From Myxococcota bacterium (GTDB taxonomy: Bacteria > Myxococcota > SpSt-1050), in the NCBI GenBank assembly GCA_049969675.1, contig JBMFOP010000055.1, positions 1-21,079 on the forward strand: 21,079 nt of DNA, in the 5' to 3' direction. Shown in pieces: positions 17,216 to 21,079 of the stretch (position 1 is its first letter; each line of letters starts with the position of its first letter). The notes below the pieces were generated by a model, which had not been told where the DNA came from, did not search any database, and saw nothing but the letters and a program-made list of their open reading frames with translations. The translations under genes and the position numbers were made by a program.

Positions 17216-18916
17216 ATGAAAAGAATATACCCAGAAACACTATTATCGGTTTTCTTAGTAATAATGGTTAGTTGCAATAGTTGTGAGAAGAGGAAAGTTG
17301 ATATCCTCTCAATCATACCTCAGGATACACAAAATGTGATTCTGATACCTAATTCCGATAATCTGATGATTGGTATTATGCAGTTCTTCCGTATCTTTGA
17401 AAATGGTGTGGCATTTGATGCATTGAAGAAGGAGATTGACCTTGCATCACAAAAACTTGGGATAAATCTACTTGACAGGAATAGCATAAGGGATGCTGGC
17501 TTTGATCCGGAAGGTTCTATCGCTGTTATCTCAATGGCTGTGAATATTGAAGGGAAGACGCAGAATACAAATCTATTGATTATGCCGTATTCTGATAAGG
17601 GAAGGGCTGAGAACACATTGAATAGACTTTCAAGAGAGAAGGAGAAGACTGAGATATTTAAGACAAGGTCTTATATGGATGCAAAGATTGTAACTGCTAT
17701 AAGACAGAGTCCAAAGGGTGAGAAACCGGTCCTTATGTACGCCTTCTATAAAGGGTTTGTTATATATGGAATTCCACCCAAAGGCGAGATTGCTATTAAA
17801 AAGATTATTGATACTAAAGTGCCAAATAGTATGGCAAAGAGTAATATATATTCAACCCTTAAAGGGAAGGTAAAGAACGGTCAGATGTATTTCTTTATCA
17901 ATAGTGGAAAGAATATTGAGACCCCAAATCTTATTTTGAATGGTGAGATGAAGAAGATGCTCTCATCTTTAAGAGAGAATTTTAATGGAATGATGATTAC
18001 TGCCAATATCTCAAATAAAGGTATCGTACTTGATTCATATATCGGTCTATCGGATGTCTCAATTAAGAATTTTGGAAATTATATCAGCAGGTCAACAGGA
18101 GAGGAGATAGAGAAACTTATGTATATAGTTCCAGAAGAGCCTTTTATGATTGCAAAACTCAGTCTAAACTACACGCGGCTCTATGGCTTACTTAAAGAAG
18201 AAGACCCATATCAGATGATGATAATCAATAAAAGAATCTTTGGACCGATGATGAAATATATGGAGATAGATGTTGAAAAGGATATACTTCCACTTTTGAA
18301 AGGTAATATTATTTATGCAATCTCTACCGGTAATATTTCAAATATCAATAGTGCCATTGAGAGCGGATTTAAGGGTGAGGCATTTAATAAGATGTTCAAT
18401 GTCTTCTATTCTATGAATCTATCAGATAGAGAGAAATCATCTCAACTACTTAATAGATTTGTTGAGAGTATGAAGGCAAAGGGTCAACAGGTAGAAGAGA
18501 TAAATACCAAGGGTATTAATATTACAAAATCCCGATTTGGTGCAGCATTTGATTCTTATTGGTATATTGATGATAATAATTTTTATGCCCTCTATACTGA
18601 TAATAAGATTGAAAGTGCTATTAGAAAGCCGGATGAAAAGGATAAGAAACCAGTATTTAAGATTCCTCAGGAAATATATGGGCAGATTCTCAATCCCTCC
18701 GCGCAGGTCATCTATCTTTCATTTACCCCTGTAAAAAAGATTATTGACAATATAGATGAGAATAAGATTGGCTCAATTGCAGATACTGGAATTTATAAAT
18801 TTACCTTTATCCTTGTAAAAGAGGTCTTAAACAAACTTGACAGCCTTTTATTTTATATGCTCCCGGATGATAATGGTATATCTATTGATTTATCTGTAAA
18901 TACGAAAGGGAAATAA
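17216..18916 (+). CDS. Probable lipoprotein, 566 aa, function unknown
   Basis: MKR, a hydrophobic core and a lipobox-like MVS-C20 (followed by NSC). The later LSIIPQD and DVEKDILPLLKG segments recall DUF3352-like proteins (from memory, unverified). Confidence 0.7.
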   Translation: MKRIYPETLLSVFLVIMVSCNSCEKRKVDILSIIPQDTQNVILIPNSDNLMIGIMQFFRIFENGVAFDALKKEIDLASQKLGINLLDRNSIRDAGFDPEGSIAVISMAVNIEGKTQNTNLLIMPYSDKGRAENTLNRLSREKEKTEIFKTRSYMDAKIVTAIRQSPKGEKPVLMYAFYKGFVIYGIPPKGEIAIKKIIDTKVPNSMAKSNIYSTLKGKVKNGQMYFFINSGKNIETPNLILNGEMKKMLSSLRENFNGMMITANISNKGIVLDSYIGLSDVSIKNFGNYISRSTGEEIEKLMYIVPEEPFMIAKLSLNYTRLYGLLKEEDPYQMMIINKRIFGPMMKYMEIDVEKDILPLLKGNIIYAISTGNISNINSAIESGFKGEAFNKMFNVFYSMNLSDREKSSQLLNRFVESMKAKGQQVEEINTKGINITKSRFGAAFDSYWYIDDNNFYALYTDNKIESAIRKPDEKDKKPVFKIPQEIYGQILNPSAQVIYLSFTPVKKIIDNIDENKIGSIADTGIYKFTFILVKEVLNKLDSLLFYMLPDDNGISIDLSVNTKGK

Positions 18917-18927
18917 TCGACTCTTTT

Positions 18928-19602
18928 ATGGCAGTTATTAATTTACAAAATGTAAGTAAATCTTTTACATTTGATGGAATTAACAGGACTATAATTGAGG
19001 GAATTGAACTGAAGGTAGAGAAGGGAAGTATAGTCGCGATTGTTGGACCATCTGGCTCCGGGAAGTCTACTCTTTTAAATATAATTGGTGGTCTGGATAG
19101 CCTTTATGATGGAGAGGTTATTGTTGATGGTGTAAATCTCAAGAATCTAAATGATAAAGATTTGAGTCGTTTTAGAAATCAGAAGATCGGATTTATTTTT
19201 CAACATTTCAATTTGCTGGACCACCTGAATTGCAGGGAGAATGTACTCCTCCCATCCTATTTCTCTGGCGGTAATATTAAAGATATAGATTCAAGGGTTG
19301 ACTACCTCTTTGAAAAGGTCAAACTCAAACATAGAATAAGACAGCACCCCCCAACCCTATCTGGAGGAGAAAAGCAGAGGGTGGCAATCGCACGGGCACT
19401 ATTAATGCAACCATCTGTCCTTCTCTGTGATGAACCTACAGGTGATCTGGATGATATAACAGCAAATGCCATACTTGAACTCTTTCTCTCAATAAGAAAG
19501 GAGATGAATGTCACATTTGTGATGGTAACTCATGAGGAGAGAATCACAAGAATTGCTGACGAGATCTATACTATTAAAGACAGGACTCTCATAAAGGTTT
19601 GA
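18928..19602 (+). CDS. ABC transporter ATP-binding protein, LolD/MacB/SalX family
   Basis: Walker A GPSGSGKST, IGFIFQHFNL, signature LSGGEKQRVAIARAL, Walker B LLCDEPTGDLD, H-loop VTHE. Confidence 0.95.
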   Translation: MAVINLQNVSKSFTFDGINRTIIEGIELKVEKGSIVAIVGPSGSGKSTLLNIIGGLDSLYDGEVIVDGVNLKNLNDKDLSRFRNQKIGFIFQHFNLLDHLNCRENVLLPSYFSGGNIKDIDSRVDYLFEKVKLKHRIRQHPPTLSGGEKQRVAIARALLMQPSVLLCDEPTGDLDDITANAILELFLSIRKEMNVTFVMVTHEERITRIADEIYTIKDRTLIKV

Positions 19603-19603
19603 A

Positions 19604-20878
19604 ATGAAGGGTATATCTGCACTTGCAATAAAAAATTTGATAAGAAATAAGAAGGCAATTATATTGTCTTCAATCGGTATAGTTTTTGGAATCACATCTT
19701 TTGTATTCTTTGTCTCGCTCGGGAACGGAATCAAATCGGTGGTCTTTGGTAAGATACTCTCACAGTTGCCAGTTAATATTATTGAGGTAACACCAAAGAG
19801 CTCTACGCTTGGAATCTTATCATTTGGAGGTATCTCTTCATCAAACATAGAGGATTCAACATTAGATGCAATCTCATCCATAAGAGGCGTTAAGGCGGTA
19901 TATAAGGAGGTGGTTCTGGATATCCCCATTCAGGCAAGGGGCGAGTTCTATTCAAGAAGAATCGTGACCGACCTTGCAGCTACTGGTATAGATAATGAGA
20001 TTGTCTCGAATGATATTAGTAAAGGATATAAGTTTGAATATAACGAAAATGGTCCCATACCTGTTATTGTCTCAAAACATCTATTGGAGCTCTATAACTC
20101 AAATCTTTCACAGGCGATGAAGTTACCCAAACTTACTCAGGAGGCTATTATCGGCTTTAAGTTTAAATTAATCGTTGGGAAGAGTTATCTCGGAGGAACC
20201 AGAGACCCATCAAAGGTTAAGGAGTATGAGTGTCAACTGGTAGGTTTTTCTGACAAGGCGATCCTTTTAGGTATTACTATTCCTATTGATTATATTAGAA
20301 AGTTCAAGACGGATATTGAGGGGGCATCTGAGATAAATAAATATAAAAAGTTGTATGTAATTGCAGAGAATGCTCAGAGTGTACCACTTATTACCAGCGA
20401 GATTACATCTATGGGATTGGAGATTGATAAGACCCGAAAGACTATAGGTGGAGTAATCAGTATTGCAACGCTTTTTTTAGGGATGCTCTCAATCTTAATT
20501 GTGGCATTATCTGCTATTAATATTTCAAATACATTTGCACTATTAATTTTTGAGAGAAGAAGAGAACTCGGTATTTTAAGGGCAGTTGGTGCCACCAGAA
20601 ATAATATCAGATATATGATATTCTTTGAGGCATCAGTTGCTGGGTTTATAAATGGGGTTGCTGGAGTTATCTCCGGCGTAATCTTTATTAAACTTATAGA
20701 TTATTTTGCAAAGACAAAGATACCAGACTTCCCATATAAACCTGATACATTCTTTGATGCAAATATTTATATCTTCTTGCTTGCTATCTTCTTTTCAATA
20801 TTCTTCTGTTCGCTGGGGGCGCTTCTACCATCCATTAAGGCTTCAAGGATTGACCCGGCAAAGGCAATTACAATGTAA
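19604..20878 (+). CDS. ABC transporter permease, FtsX/MacB/LolC-E (type VII) family
   Basis: One N-terminal TM, a large periplasmic domain, then three TMs with ERRRELGILRAVGA and the terminal PSIKASRIDP. Starts 1 bp after the ATPase. Confidence 0.93.
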   Translation: MKGISALAIKNLIRNKKAIILSSIGIVFGITSFVFFVSLGNGIKSVVFGKILSQLPVNIIEVTPKSSTLGILSFGGISSSNIEDSTLDAISSIRGVKAVYKEVVLDIPIQARGEFYSRRIVTDLAATGIDNEIVSNDISKGYKFEYNENGPIPVIVSKHLLELYNSNLSQAMKLPKLTQEAIIGFKFKLIVGKSYLGGTRDPSKVKEYECQLVGFSDKAILLGITIPIDYIRKFKTDIEGASEINKYKKLYVIAENAQSVPLITSEITSMGLEIDKTRKTIGGVISIATLFLGMLSILIVALSAINISNTFALLIFERRRELGILRAVGATRNNIRYMIFFEASVAGFINGVAGVISGVIFIKLIDYFAKTKIPDFPYKPDTFFDANIYIFLLAIFFSIFFCSLGALLPSIKASRIDPAKAITM

Positions 20879-20889
20879 TAGGAGTCATT

Positions 20890-21079
20890 ATGAAAATTTA
20901 CTTCTTGATATTTATTTTTGTATTTTTGGTAATTTATGGTGCTACCTGCGGTACTCAGGGGGCGATGAGTGAAAGCAATCAGAAATACATAAATGAGGTA
21001 ATCACGAATAATAGATATTTCCTCAAATCCTCTTTGTATTACGGTGACTTCTATGGAAACAAGGAGATATGTCTCCTTT
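20890..21079 (+). CDS. 5' part of a probable exported protein or lipoprotein, truncated by the window end
   Basis: RBS AGGAG at 20880-20884, ATG 20890, open to the window end: MKIYFLIFIFVFLVIYGATCGTQGAMSESNQKYINEVITNNRYFLKSSLYYGDFYGNKEICLL. Signal-peptide-like, with Cys20 in a non-canonical lipobox. Not in the ORF track. Confidence 0.75.
   Translation, partial: MKIYFLIFIFVFLVIYGATCGTQGAMSESNQKYINEVITNNRYFLKSSLYYGDFYGNKEICLL

Noticed and set aside
20706..20972. 88-aa plus-strand ORF
   Set aside because: It overlaps the permease and the better-supported ORF starting at 20890, which has an RBS and a signal peptide.
21061..21078. AAGGAGA-TATG-TCTCCTT hairpin at the window end
   Set aside because: It lies inside an open reading frame and is cut by the window edge, so it cannot be called a terminator.

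Overview
AT-rich (roughly one-third GC by eye) chromosomal segment of a Gram-negative, LPS-producing bacterium. The gene set suggests a deltaproteobacterial/Myxococcota-like lineage, which is inference only. In order, the window holds: the 3' end of an unknown gene; a small IS1634-like transposase remnant; a tightly spaced run of purM, a degenerate flavoprotein-like gene, glgX, ugd and UDP-glucuronate decarboxylase; a membrane-anchored TPR protein followed by lpxA, lpxI and a GnnA-like oxidoreductase; tRNA-Gly(CCC) and ino1 on the minus strand; a divergent four-gene unit (hypothetical, TPR+cNMP-binding protein, flavoprotein, radical SAM); and a lipoprotein, LolD/MacB-type ATPase, FtsX/MacB-type permease and probable exported protein (truncated). 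The content is mostly housekeeping and envelope genes. I saw no CRISPR array, prophage, intact mobile element or recognisable defence system. The most unusual points are the A2-U71 pair in the tRNA-Gly acceptor stem and the uncharacterised four-gene unit with altered canonical motifs. No novel system can be claimed from sequence alone.
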